Part shown: positions 1 through 12,258 of the stretch, one piece after another | Layout: each line of letters begins with the position of its first letter | Numbering within the stretch: position 1 is the stretch's first letter | NCBI RefSeq assembly: GCF_009914755.1 | Contig: NC_060930.1 | Length of the DNA stretch: 64,000 nt | Direction: 5' to 3' (one strand) | Origin: the human T2T-CHM13v2.0 reference genome, Homo sapiens | The notes under the pieces: model-generated | Told to the model about the DNA's origin: nothing | Seen by the model: the letters and a program-made list of their open reading frames with translations, nothing else | Database searches by the model: none | Program-made: the position numbers and the translations under genes

Positions 1-513
1 AACCAGCCATTGTACCATAGTTTGCTTACTGCTCAGGAGTCATGTAGCTAGAGGTCACAAGATTTGTAACTTCTCCAATTGCTCCTATAGATAATATCAC
101 TATTCTCAATATTTAAGATTGGTCTTTGAGATTTTATCAGACTTGTGCATTCAGGCAGACCAATTGAGGCCATCCAGCCCCACCACCTGGACCCCCAAGA
201 TTCATACGAAGAACTGATTCAACCAGTCTCATGACCCCTCCCCACCCAGAAACTGACTTAGCACCCAAAAACATTTTGGACACTCCTATGATTCCATCAC
301 CAAACAATCAGCAGCACCCATTCCCTAAGCCCCTGCCCACCAAATTATTCTTAGTAACACTAGACTCTGAGCTTTTGGGAAGGCAGATTTGAGAACTATT
401 TCTTATCCTTCCACTCAGCTGCTTTGTGATAATTAAACTGTTTGCTGCAACACCACTGTCTCAGTGTATTGGCTTTTTGGTGTAGCAGGCAAGAAGAACC
501 CATTAGGTTGTAA
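1..513 (+). mobile_element. ERV1 solo LTR, LTR8-like (5' part lies outside the window)
   Basis: Matches LTR8-group motifs: AGGAGTCATGTAGCTAGAGGTCACAAGATT, CCCAGAAACTGACTTAGC, CCCACCAAATTATTCTT, and a terminal GCAGGCAAGAAGAACCCATTAGG. Confidence 0.7.
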
Positions 514-518
514 TTTAC

Positions 519-2956
519 TGCATTAGTCTATTCTTGCATTGCTATAAAGAAATACCTGAGACTGGGTAATTGATAAATAATGGAGGTTCAATTGGCTTAT
601 GATTCTGCAGGCTATACAGGAAACATGGTAGCATTTGCTTCTGTAGAGGCCTCATGAAGCTTACAATCATGGTGAAAGATGAAGCAAGAACTTGCACATC
701 ACATGGTGACAGCAGGAGCATGAGAGAGAAGGGGGGAGATGCCATATACTTTTAAACAACCAGATCACACAAGAGCTCACTCAGTATCACTAGAATAGGA
801 CCAAGAGGGTGGTACTAAAGCATTCATGATAAATCTACCCCCATGATTCAATTACCTCCCCCAATGCCCCACCTCCAACATTGAGGATAACAATTTAATA
901 TGAAATTGGGAAGGAACAAATACCTAAACTGTAACATTCTGGACCTGTCCCCCAGCAAATCTCATGTTCTTCTCACATTTCAAAATACAATCATGCCTTC
1001 CCAATAGTCTCCCAAAGTCTTAACTCATTTCAGTATTAATTGAAAAGTTCAAACTCCAAAATTTCATCTGAAACAAGGCAAGTACCTTCTATCTATAAGC
1101 CTGTGAAATAAAAATCAAGTTACTTACTTTCAAGATACAATGGTACTATCAGCATTGGGTAAACATTCTCATTTCAATAGAGAGAAATCATCCAAAAGAA
1201 AGGCCCCACACAGGTTCAAAATTCAGCAGGACTGTCATTAGATCTTAAAGCTCCAAAATAATCTCCTTTGACTCTATGTCCCACATCCAGGGTACACTGG
1301 TGCAAGCAGTGGGCTCCCAAGGCATTAGCAGCTCTGCCTTTGTGGCTTTGCAGGGTATAGCCCTGAGGCTGCAGTTAAGTCTCTGTGGCTTTTCTAGCTG
1401 CAAGATACAAGCTGCTGATAGATCTAACCATTCTTGGGTCTGGAGGACAGTGTCCCTCTTCCCACAGCTCTGCTAGCCAGTGCCCCAGTGAGGACTCTGT
1501 GGGGAACTTTAGCCCCACATTTGCCCTCTGCACTGCCCTAGTACAGTTCTCTGTAAGGGCTCCACTCCCACAGCAGTTCTCCACCTTGGCACCAGGCTTT
1601 TCCATATATCCTCTGAAATCTAGGTGGAGGCTCCTAAGCTTCAACTCTTGCACTCTGTGCACCCACAGGCTCAACATCACATGGAAGTCACCAAGACTTA
1701 TGGCTTGCATCCTTGTGAGCTGTGGCTTAAGCTTTACCTGGGCCCCTTTGAGTGAAAGCTAGAGCCTGAGTGGCTGGGATGCAGGGAGCAGCTTCTTGAT
1801 GCTGTACCAGGCAGTGGGGTCCTGGGTATGGCCCATGACCATTCTTCCCTCCTAAACATCTGGTCTTGTAATGGGAGGGCCTGCTGCAAAAGTCTCTGAA
1901 ATGCTTTCAAGGTCTTTTTCTCATTGGCTTGGCTTTCAGCATTTGCTTCTTTTGTAGTTAGGCAAATTACTCTAGCAAGTGGTTGTTCAGCAGCCCATGT
2001 GAATTCTTCTCCCAAAAATGCTTTTTATTTCTCTTCCAAATGGCCAGGCTGCAAATTTTCTAAACTTTTAAGCTCTGCTTCCTTTTAAATATAAGTTTCA
2101 ACTTCAAGTCATTCCTTTGCTTCCACATCTAAGCATAGGTTGTTAGAAGCATCTAGGACACATCTTCAACATTTTTCTGCTGAGAAATTTCTTCTACCAG
2201 ATATCCTAGATAATCATTCTCAGTTCAAACCTCTACAGACCCCTAGGGCATGGATATAATGCAACCAGATTCTTTGCTAAGGCATAACAAAAGTGAACTT
2301 TACTCCAATTCCCAATAAGTTTATCATGTTCATCTGTGACCTCATCAGCCAGGACTTCATTGTCCATATCAATAACTATTAGCATTTCGGTCAACTATTT
2401 AACAAGTCTTGAAGAGGTCTTTTCCTCATCTTCCTATCTTATTCTGAGCCCTCCACACTCTCCCAATCTCTGCCTGTTACCCAGTTCCAAAGCTGCTTCC
2501 ACATTATCAGGTGTCTTTAAAGCAATACCTCACTTCTGGTACCAATTATCTGTATTAGGCCATTCTCACATTGCTATAAAGAAATACCCCAAGACTGGGT
2601 AACTTATAAAGAAAAGAGGTTTAATCGGCATATGGTTCTGCAGGCTATACAGGGAGCATAGTGACATTCTGCTCCTGAGAAGCCCTCAGGAAGCTTATAA
2701 GCATGGCAAAGGTGAATAGAGAGCAGTCATGTCACATGGCAAAAGCAGAAGCAAGAGGTGCCATGTAGTTTTAAAAACCCAGATCCCAGGAGATCTCACT
2801 CATTATCATGAGAACAGGACTAAGGGGACGGTGCTAAACCATTCATGAGAAATCCACCCCCATGATTCAGTCATCTCCCACCAGGCCCCACCTCCTACAT
2901 TACAGATTAAAATTCAGTATGGGATTTGGGCAGGGACACATATCCAAATTATATCA
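519..2956 (-). mobile_element. Full-length MSTA (ERVL-MaLR) provirus: 3' LTR 519-936, internal region 937-2550, 5' LTR 2551-2956
   Basis: Two homologous LTRs starting TG(C/T)ATTAG..CATTGCTATAAAGAAATACC and ending ..AAACTGTAACA / CCAAATTATATCA flank ~1.6 kb of MST/THE1-type internal sequence. Confidence 0.9.
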
Positions 2957-2964
2957 CATACACA

Positions 2965-3070
2965 AGGTCAGGATCATCAATATCATATAGGCCACATAAC
3001 AATGTTTAAGTCAATGATGAACTGCATATAAAAAAGTAGTCTCATAAGATTATATTCAAGCTGGAAAATA
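2965..3070 (+). mobile_element. Tigger3/Golem DNA transposon fragment
   Basis: GCCACATAACAATGTTTAAGTCAATGATGAACTGCATATA...CATAAGATTATA resembles the Tigger3 terminus. Confidence 0.6.
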
Positions 3071-4037
3071 TTATTGAATATTTTCTCCAGAGATTAAGAC
3101 CTTTTCAACCTTTTGCGAAAGATAAGAGCAATATCAGAATGGACATAGTAAAGTTCCTGAGTAGTTTATTCAGGATTACTCCTGAGCAAGACAAGATCAC
3201 AGGCAAGGAGCTTGAGAATGAAAAGCCACCAATTTAAATTAATGCACCTGGTAGTAACACATTTACAGGGAGGGGTTGTGAAGAGAATAAATAACATCAG
3301 GAACCCTGTACAGCTTTTGTGTCCTGAGTTACAGTATAACAATTAGAGAAAGACACATTTTAAGGATGTCCTAGGCACAGCTTTAGACAGTGGGCTAAGG
3401 AAAAAGCAGCAAGTCCACAGGGCAGAGGTAGCTCAGAATCTTTAACAATGAATGAGATGAATCACAAATAAGTCAGGCCCAACACAAACAATTTCAAACT
3501 GAAATAAAAGACATAATTTTTTGTGTTTACTATCTGGAAAAATATGGCATTCCACCTAAGTTCTTCTAGTTGAACTAGAATAAACGGCACTTATTATCAT
3601 TTCTAATTATGAGGCACAACATTGAAAATACTCCATTTCCTTTATTAAAAATAAATTCCTAAATCTTCTTCTATATTAATTTTCATTTATTTATATATAT
3701 ATTTTACTTTATATCAAGTCTTTCTACAATACCAATACCACCACCATCGTCTCCATCCTGCCCATTCCTACCACTGCATTTTGCCATGTGAGTCTAAGCT
3801 TAAAATAAAATCTGTTAAAATATTAATCATTCTGATAGAAAAATATAACAAATATGCTAAAAGGTAGAAGATAATGCTATTCCTTGCAGAGAAAGTTCAG
3901 GGCATAGGTGATATAAAATAATCTAGGAATGGAAAACAAAGAGATAATATGTTTATTACATAGAAGTCCATCTCACACATGTATCCACAAATAGATTGGG
4001 GTTTTATTTTAAACAATAAAACGTCGTTAGTCAAGAG

Positions 4038-4492
4038 TGTGAAATGTGATATACAAAATGGCGGCACTCTGATTCAGAGCTGTAAATAAGAGTCAGGAAG
4101 CCATTCTGAGAAGGACTGCCCTCAGGTTAAAAAAAAAAAATTACCTTGATTACCTTGCGCCTTTGAACTGGGTTAAACTGTAACTACCACAACATCCTGG
4201 AAAACAGCTAAATTTCGCCAGTGCCACAACGCCTAAACAGCAACGACCAATGAACTATGGACTTATGTACTAAGACAGCTGCCTCCACAAATAATTTTTC
4301 CAAAACAACTTGTGTAATCATCTTCAGCTTCCTTTCGATTTACTCCTAAAAATTCCATTTCCCTCCTCTTTGTTGGAATATAATTTGGTTTCTACATGAA
4401 TCTGTGACTCCTGAATTGCAATTCCTAAGTCCCCAATAAATGCCTTTTCTTACTGCACTGCATTCTGGTCTTTGGCCTCTTTTAGGATGACA
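4038..4492 (+). mobile_element. Probable ERV1-class solo LTR (family unresolved)
   Basis: ~450 bp TG...CA unit with CCAAT, TGAATTGCAATTCC and AATAAA near the 3' end. Confidence 0.5.
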
Positions 4493-6124
4493 GAACAAAT
4501 GAGCTCTCAAAACGAGCCAACAAGATATTGAAATATAGAAGAATAGAATACAAAGAAAAGGAATAATACTCAATCTTGCTTGATAGATTATTTTTCTAGA
4601 ATACTGTGCTTCTCTTAAAGGTAAAAATTGGCTTGTAAATTATGATTTCATTTTTCTGCAATACTTTTTTGTATGTTACATTGGATTGTAAGAATTTTCT
4701 TTTTTTCTTTTTGTTTTATCAGAAGTTCCTAAAAAGAATTTCTTTATTCATTCTACCTCATAGACTTGATTAAAAACACTTCTCTATAGCTGCCTCTAAC
4801 ACTTAGTCTCCTTTTAGAATTCATATTCTGGCTTCCTCTTCTTTTATTTTTTAGTATTTTAAGAGTTCTTTTTTTTCTACTTATCTACCTCTCTATTTCC
4901 TTTTGTGCCTGGTGCTTTATTAAACAGTCTATTTTTAAATTTATGGCCTATATCTAAAAGGTTGCCAATAATTTTTCTACACCTAAATTCCAAAGAATAA
5001 CCTAGATAAAGCTTATCTTGGACATAACCCCTGTTTTAAAACAATAGCTCTCAATTGCAACAGTTTTTTGATCAATTTAGTTGTGGAAAAATACAGATTG
5101 TAACATTCTGTGTTGTTTTTTACAGTTGGTTTTAGGACTGTCTCTAACCTTTTATCCAAGTGGAAATCTTCAGAGTTTACAGCTCAAACTGTTTCGGGAG
5201 GAAGTTAAAAATGAAATGGTGATTGCATGCATTTTAAATACACTGATTTATTAACAAATAGGAAAAAATTTTCAGAAGAGGAAAAATAACAAGGAAAACA
5301 ATACTGAGAATTTTGTGTAGTTCTTAAGCCTTTCATGTTCATTTTCCAAAATCAATACATTTTCATTCAGTGGATTCTATATTTTTTTCCACTGGGTAAA
5401 AGATCTTCGTTGTATTCTTCAGAAATTATACAAAAATAATATATTTCCTTAGGTCTCTTATGCTTTTAAATATAAAGAGAGGTAGAGATTGAATAAGAAA
5501 TTATCCGGTGAATAGAAATTAGGTATTCAAATATCCAAAATATGGTTTGAAAAATAAATTAACCTCAATTGTTTTCAGAGATGTTAACCATCATAGCTGC
5601 AAATTACAGCAAAATACTAGAAACCATTGTTATTACTGAAAAATCGATACATTCCTTTGTTAGTTCTTAATATAATAATAAAACATTTTAAAAATTATTT
5701 TCATTGTAGCAAGTTATATTACTGCTTGGTTGATTGACTATAAGACTTCTTCATTAGTCAGATAAATTATATCCCAAAAGTTAACAAATAATTTCATCAG
5801 AGGCAATGTAACATACTTAAGCAAGCCGACAAATGCATGTTTCACTCATAATGTTTTTAAAATAAAATTTTATTTCATAAAAATATACAGAAGAATATTA
5901 TTACAGCACTATAGTTAAAAGAGTAAAACAGTAACACTAAAAATAAGTAACAAAAGTGGCTACAGTTATTTGAGGAGATAAATGTAAGACTCATAAAGAT
6001 TCTGAAAACAACATATGGGTAAGTTTATGGGTTTGAGGAGTTGATGGCATTTATTTTCTTATTATGACTAAATTTATTTAAAATTCATGTTTTGTTTTAA
6101 TTTTTAGTAGCTTTTGCAAATAAA

Positions 6125-6725
6125 TTCCACCTTCCCCCCATCTCAATGAACCATACCTTCTAGTACTCATGCCCCTGGGCAGTCCCTTCCAACCCTGATT
6201 TTGGGATGATGCTGTGTAACAAATAGAAAGCAGCAGAAGAGATACTCAATGACCTCTAAGGTCAGGTTATAAGAAGCCATGCAGATTTTGCCTTGGTCTT
6301 TTAGAATACTTGCTCTGTGGGAAGCTAGTGCTAAGTAAGAAGCCCAATCACTCTGAGGCTGACATGCTGAGAGCAAGCTCAAATCGGCCAAGCTGGACAG
6401 GCCATGTAGAAAAGGAAGGAGAGAGGCATATGGGGGAGAGGGAGGGCTGAGGGCAGGAGGGAGAGAGAGAAAACTTGCCAGCTCCCAGCTGTTTGAAACT
6501 TTTCAGCTGAAAAGTCAGTTATGTATAATAAAATGCTCACTTGGATATCCACCCCAGTTTAGCCCTCAAATAACTCCAGTTCTAGACACCATTTCACTGT
6601 TACTGATTGAGAGGCGCCAGGCAAGAACCTCCCAGCTGAGCTCAGTGAACCCACACTCCATGAAAGATAATAACAAATTGTTGTTTTAAGCCACTAAGTT
6701 TTGTTGTTATAAAATACAGAACAAG
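6125..6725 (+). mobile_element. MLT1 (G/H-like) MaLR LTR
   Basis: AAGGTCAGGTTATAAGAAGCCATGCAG and 3' AACAAATTGTTGTTTTAAGCCACTAAGTTTTG. Confidence 0.7.
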
Positions 6726-8021
6726 AATAGTTTTCCATTCTTAAAGGTATAGCACCAACACTAAATTGCTTTCATCAGCTAAGATTAAATGGGCATAAAG
6801 AAAGGAAAATATTTTCCTTATTGGCTATGCAAAAGGGAAAAGGAAAAGTGATTGTCAATATGTGATGACTTATTTTCTGAGTGATTTAATTACTGTCTAG
6901 ACAGTCCTAAGGAACCATTTAAAGGATACAATGTTGACAAACTGGTATCTAAAACATTAAAAAGTCTCTATTTTGGAAATTAATCTTTTTGATTTATAAT
7001 TAGCAATTCCAAAACTTTTTAGTAAAGACCTGTAGAGTAATAACAAAGGCATAATAATATTATATTCTATAATATTCTCTATGTCAATGACAGGTCATAG
7101 ATAACCAACCCAATATATTTGTTTATGTATGCAAATACATATCTTAATGTAGTCATTTTTCAACACAAACATAATCCTGCACCCTAGAGAGATTTTAATG
7201 CAGTTCATAAAATTGGAATCAGAAGATTCAATTTAGTCCAACCTTCTTTTTGGGGGGACTGTGGCTTTATCTGAAAAAAATTGTAGTATTACATGTTGTA
7301 TTTGAACATAAAATTAAATTCAGCTATCTCAGAGGACAAGTTCAGATTTAATAAAAATAAATGTGACTGCTCATTCATTCAAAGAAACACACTCATTTTC
7401 CTACAGATGCCTCAGTAAAGAGAACACTAATCTAATTATAGTATTTAAAAAAATAAATTGTCTTTGTGCTTGCTATAAAATAAACAACACAGCTGCAGGG
7501 CCTGCCGAGCTTTACTTATTAAAGAAAATACCTTTTGATGATTAACAAAGGCAGATTTGTTTGAAATATGAATATGCTCACTAGAGTCTCCTGGATGGAC
7601 GGGATTTTCAAAAAGGGAGGATTTCAATGAAATGAGGAAAATGTAAACCTAGATAATTAGTTAGATACCTTTTGCCCCCTTTTGATTTACAGTATTAGCA
7701 GGGGCAAAAGTGGAGGGTAAAAAAGAACAAATAATCAAGAAAAAATATGATATTGGCTTCCTAAAAACCATCTCTAATTCTTTTTCGGCACAGAACTTTT
7801 ATATTAAGACCCTTTCAGTAAAATGACTCAGTCACTGTAATAATTTACAGAAGGTATTGCCTAAGTCAGGTGCTGAAGGATTTGGCTTTTAACCTGGGGT
7901 GAGATTTAGCTACAGTTCCTTGAGCAAGTAGCTTTCACCTGTGCTTACCACTCTGGGATTGTTAGCACAATAATAATGGGAAAGCTTCCTATCAACTGGG
8001 CATTTGGCACAAATTCTACTT

Positions 8022-8151
8022 GGATATCATCTAAACTGGAACACTTTTGAGAATGAAGAGGGACTATTAATAATTAATTAATTAATAATTATGTTGAGGC
8101 AAGGTATAAATTGTCACTGACTCACACAAACTGAGGTATATGGTCACCCTA
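8022..8151 (+). mobile_element. MER94 (hAT-Blackjack MITE)
   Basis: AAACTGGAACACTTTTGAGAATGAAGAGGGACTATTAATAATT...TATGGTCACCCTA terminal inverted-repeat end. Confidence 0.7.
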
Positions 8152-9123
8152 CATAAAGAAAACATTGTCAGTCATTGGCAGGGTCTCCCTGTGTCTAATA
8201 CTGTAGGACCAGATAAGTATACAGAAGAGGGTTCACTCCTTTGAAGTCTGACAATTCATTAGTGGCAGAATTAAACACAGGTCTCCTAGTGCTTTTCCAA
8301 AACAATGGAAAACAGAGCCAAAGACCCCCACTACCAGTCTACCTAAAAGCTTACTATTAGAGCGGTTTCATTGATTTTTGGATACACATTACAAAAGATC
8401 CTGAAAAATATAAATGTTATCACTGAGTGCTTCTATATTAGGCCAACAGCAAAAATAACTCAGCCAAGGGAAATTTATCATATTAACAACCTATTACCTT
8501 GGAAAACAAAGAACAGGGTCCCAAGGAAATGAATCAAGGACAGGCATTTTTTGGTGAGAGTATCCATGTCAAAGGAAATGTCCAGAGCACAGGAAGGCAC
8601 CACAGAAGTGGCAGGGTAAACACAAGAATGGCTATAATAAAAGCCATTTCTCATCTCATACAGCCTACCAGCTACCTTAGATTAGCTCTCCTCTAAACAC
8701 AAAGAGCAACATTTCCACAGCAGTATTTTTTATTGTTGTTGTTTTACAGCTATCCACATTTGTTTTCTTGTCCTTATCTCATATTTTCTTACCAGAGTTC
8801 ATAGACCATAACAAATCTCCCCTATAAATACTTGAATTTCATACAGCATATGTGCAAGTGTGAATTTTAAAAATGAAACAAATTGCAAATATACTCTACT
8901 TCTTCAACTATAATGGTGGGCTTATCATGATGCTCTCTTATGCTCCCTTAAATATCTTCAAGTGGGAGAGTCTACTCTGGGGAAATAGTGAAAACGCAGA
9001 AGGAAGTAATACACACAGCTCGGCCTCGTAGACCTGGAAAAAGGCATGCAACGACGTATAATTAGGCCTTAATTCAAGATGCCTAGCAGGTGTGTCAAAT
9101 GGGTTATTTTTCCTTACCCCTAC

Positions 9124-9718
9124 TGTGATGTTACGTAATACTCCACAAGACCATCGTTACTTTTGACACCAACTCTAAGTTTGGAGGTCCTCAAGACCGC
9201 CTTAGTTTCCATAATTCACTACAAGGACTCACAGAACTCACTGAAAGTATTCTACTGACAGTTATGTTTCATTACAGTGAAAGGATACAGATTAAAATTA
9301 CCCAAGGGCAGAGACACATAAGGCAACTTCAGGAAAATTCCAAACATGGAACTTCCAGTTGTACTCTCCCCGTGCAGTTATGGACAGCATTAATTCTCCC
9401 AGCAACAGAATGTAATAAAACACATGGCATATTGTCCACCAGTGAATCTCACCTGAGCCAGAGTTTTTAGTGACGTCCTATCATGTAATACTGACATGGT
9501 TGGTTGGACACGTGGCTGATCTCAGTCTCCAACCTCTCTGGAAGTCTAGCTGATACCACAGATCACATTATAAGGTTGCCTAGTATGGCCGAAGCCCCCA
9601 GGTAAACCAAGATATTTTTATGAGGCATTGTATCCATCCAAGGGATTAGAGATTACCGTGTAGGACCTGAGGGCAAAAGCCAGACCTGCCATTGGACAAG
9701 GTTAAATTATCTATTGCA
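9124..9718 (-). mobile_element. MER21 (C-like) solo LTR
   Basis: GGACTCACAGAACTCACTGAAAG, CAGTGAAAGGATACAGATTAAAAT, and end GGGCAAAAGCCAGACCT..GGACAAGGTTAAATT. Confidence 0.75.
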
Positions 9719-10090
9719 CTCACCTGTAAGCGATATTGCTGAAATCCTGTTTCTGGGCTCTGCATTGACACAGATATGCTATCCCTTCTCCTACCCACCA
9801 CCTACACATGCATTCACTGCTTGTCCTTGTGTCTTTATTTTTTTGATGCCTCTAAACTTGGTAAGCTTGTTCATAAACTACAGCTCTAATTTCTAAAATA
9901 AATAATTAGTCTAGTTTATCATCATGTGTTGGTATGAGAATTTGCTAGTAGCCCCTTTATGGGCACAGCCCTCTCCCAATCAGCTGTGCCCAAGAGAAAT
10001 AGATGACTGGTATTTAACCAATGCCACTGTCATAAGTATTGTCTTAAATGCTGGCATTTCCATAATAAAACTTATGCTTGTCATGAAATA

Positions 10091-10316
10091 CAGGTAGAGT
10101 ATTCCTACCTCTGACTCAAAATTTTTGGGACTGAAAATACTTCAAATTTTGGATTTTTTCAGGTTTTGGAATATTTGAGTTATACTTACCTGTTGAGCAT
10201 ATCTAATCTGAAAATTCGAAATCTGAACTGTTTCAGTGAACACTTCCCGTGAGCATCATGTTGGTGCTCAAAAAGTTTCAGAATTTGGAGAATTTTGGAT
10301 TAAGATGCTCACCATA
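10091..10316 (+). mobile_element. Tigger4a/MER46 (Zombi) MITE
   Basis: CAGGTAGAGTATTCC...GGAATATTTG...GAGCATCATGTTGGTGCTCAAAAAGTTTCAG...GATGCTCA. Confidence 0.8.
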
Positions 10317-10675
10317 GTTGATTTGTTGGTGCCAGGTATCAAGAACCCAGTGTGAACAGCACCTAAACTTAATAATGATAATAAAGAGTAGTTTAATTTT
10401 CAAAGTTTACATGAAAACTTATATCATTTGGCTTCATAGCACACTATTGACTGCTTGGCTTTGAAACTTTTCTAAGTGATATTTACAACCTATGTTTGCC
10501 ACTGAGGTTCAAAATTTTGCCAATTCAGGACCAATAATGCTTTTGTCACTCAGCAGGTATAATACATACATTTTAATTGCCTTTTACAATGAAAGGAATA
10601 TAAACTGTTATGTCTTACGAAATGTCAAAAGTAACATTTGCTTTATTTTATAATGATACAAAATGGGTAACCTAG

Positions 10676-11053
10676 TGTTATGGACTGAATTGTTTGCCCC
10701 CACCCCACGCCCCACAATTTTTATGTTAAAATCCTGGCCCCCAATGTGGCTGTCTTGGAGTTACGGTTTATAAGGAGGCAATAAAGGTTAAGTGAGATCA
10801 TATGAGTAGGGCTCTAATCTGATACAAATGGTTTCTTTATAAGAAGAGCATGAGACATCAGAGCTCTCTCTCCCTGTAATGTGAGAACACAGCAAAAAGA
10901 TGGCCATATGTAAGCCAGAAATACAGTCTTTTCCAGAAACTGAATCTGCATTTCAGTCTGGGACTTGTAGCCCCCGAACTGTGAGAAAATAAACGTCTGT
11001 TGTTTAAGCCCCCCAGTCTGTTGTATTTTGTTATAGCAGCCCAAACTAATACA
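10676..11053 (+). mobile_element. MLT1A-type solo LTR
   Basis: Starts TGTTATGGACTGAATTGT, ends TATTTTGTTATAGCAGCCCAAACTAATACA. Confidence 0.85.
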
Positions 11054-12144
11054 TCTGGAGTTACGATGAAATAAATAACTGAATAATCAAATGAATGACT
11101 TTATTGAATATGAACTTAATAAATAAATGAATACATACAAAAGATATTTAGCACAAAAATAGGGATTTGAACATATTGCAAGCTCAGAAAAATCATTTTC
11201 ACTCTTAAAGATAAACTCAATATTTCCCATTGAAGTATCTATGAATTTAGTAAGGCTTTTATTTGATTTAGGCCTATAAAATTTATGTAATTTTTTATCA
11301 TAAACATAATAAGATATTTTGTGAAGACAATTGGAAATTTTCATTTACCATACATTCTGAATGAGACTGAAGCAATCTGAAGATCAAAAATCAGTGAAGC
11401 AGCAGAAAGCATTAGTGAGTGAGAACAATTCACCATATGACCATCTGGCCCACATTCTGAATTCAAGAGAGTCCACAAGTCTATAAAAATGTCATGCATG
11501 AACTTTCTTTAATGGTCATTTTTTTTACTACTATATATATTAATTTTCAATTGTACTTCAATAGGGCATTAGTGATAACAAGTTAAACAAATCTAAGATC
11601 CTAATGGATATATATCAGAGGCTTATTTTTCATATTTAAAGGTAACATCAAATTTATATCACATTGTTCAGGAATTCACTTATTTATTTCCCGTACTTTA
11701 TGGGTGCTGTGATGCCTCAAAAAATTTCATATTAGCTAGGATCTCCTGCTAGGAAAATCATACGGTGGTTATGTTAATTTGCATTTCTCTACTATAGATA
11801 TTTAGCTTTGTATTTTTGTGTCACTGTATATATTTTCATCTATTTTACAAAACCTCCTCACTGACAGGAGAGAAATGGAGTGGAGAAGAAAGATCATGAC
11901 CTGATATTTCAATACGATTTGCATACAGCTACAGATAATAGAAATGGCCTGGAATTATTTTAAGAGTGTCTAGATAGGTGTTCTGATACAAGAATCATAC
12001 CTACAGAACACCATCATTACATTTAAAAACATCTATGTCCTACCTCTCCTCTAACCTCCTAGACCAGAACTGATCTAAGAGGGCTGAGGTCACTGTTCAG
12101 TGGTCAGGAGAGATGATGAAGCCAATTGGCTTTTTCACTTGCTT

Positions 12145-12258
12145 TGAAACTGGAAGATTTATGAGGGCAAAAACTTGGTCTCTTTTGTTCTCACTTTAAT
12201 CCCAGAGCCTATATTTGCTCAGTGCATACCGTAGTTATTCAATAAATATTTGTTAACT
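12145..12258 (+). mobile_element. L2 3'-end fragment
   Basis: ATGAGGGCAAAAACTTGGTCTCTTTTGTTC...TTCAATAAATATTTGTT. Confidence 0.6.
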
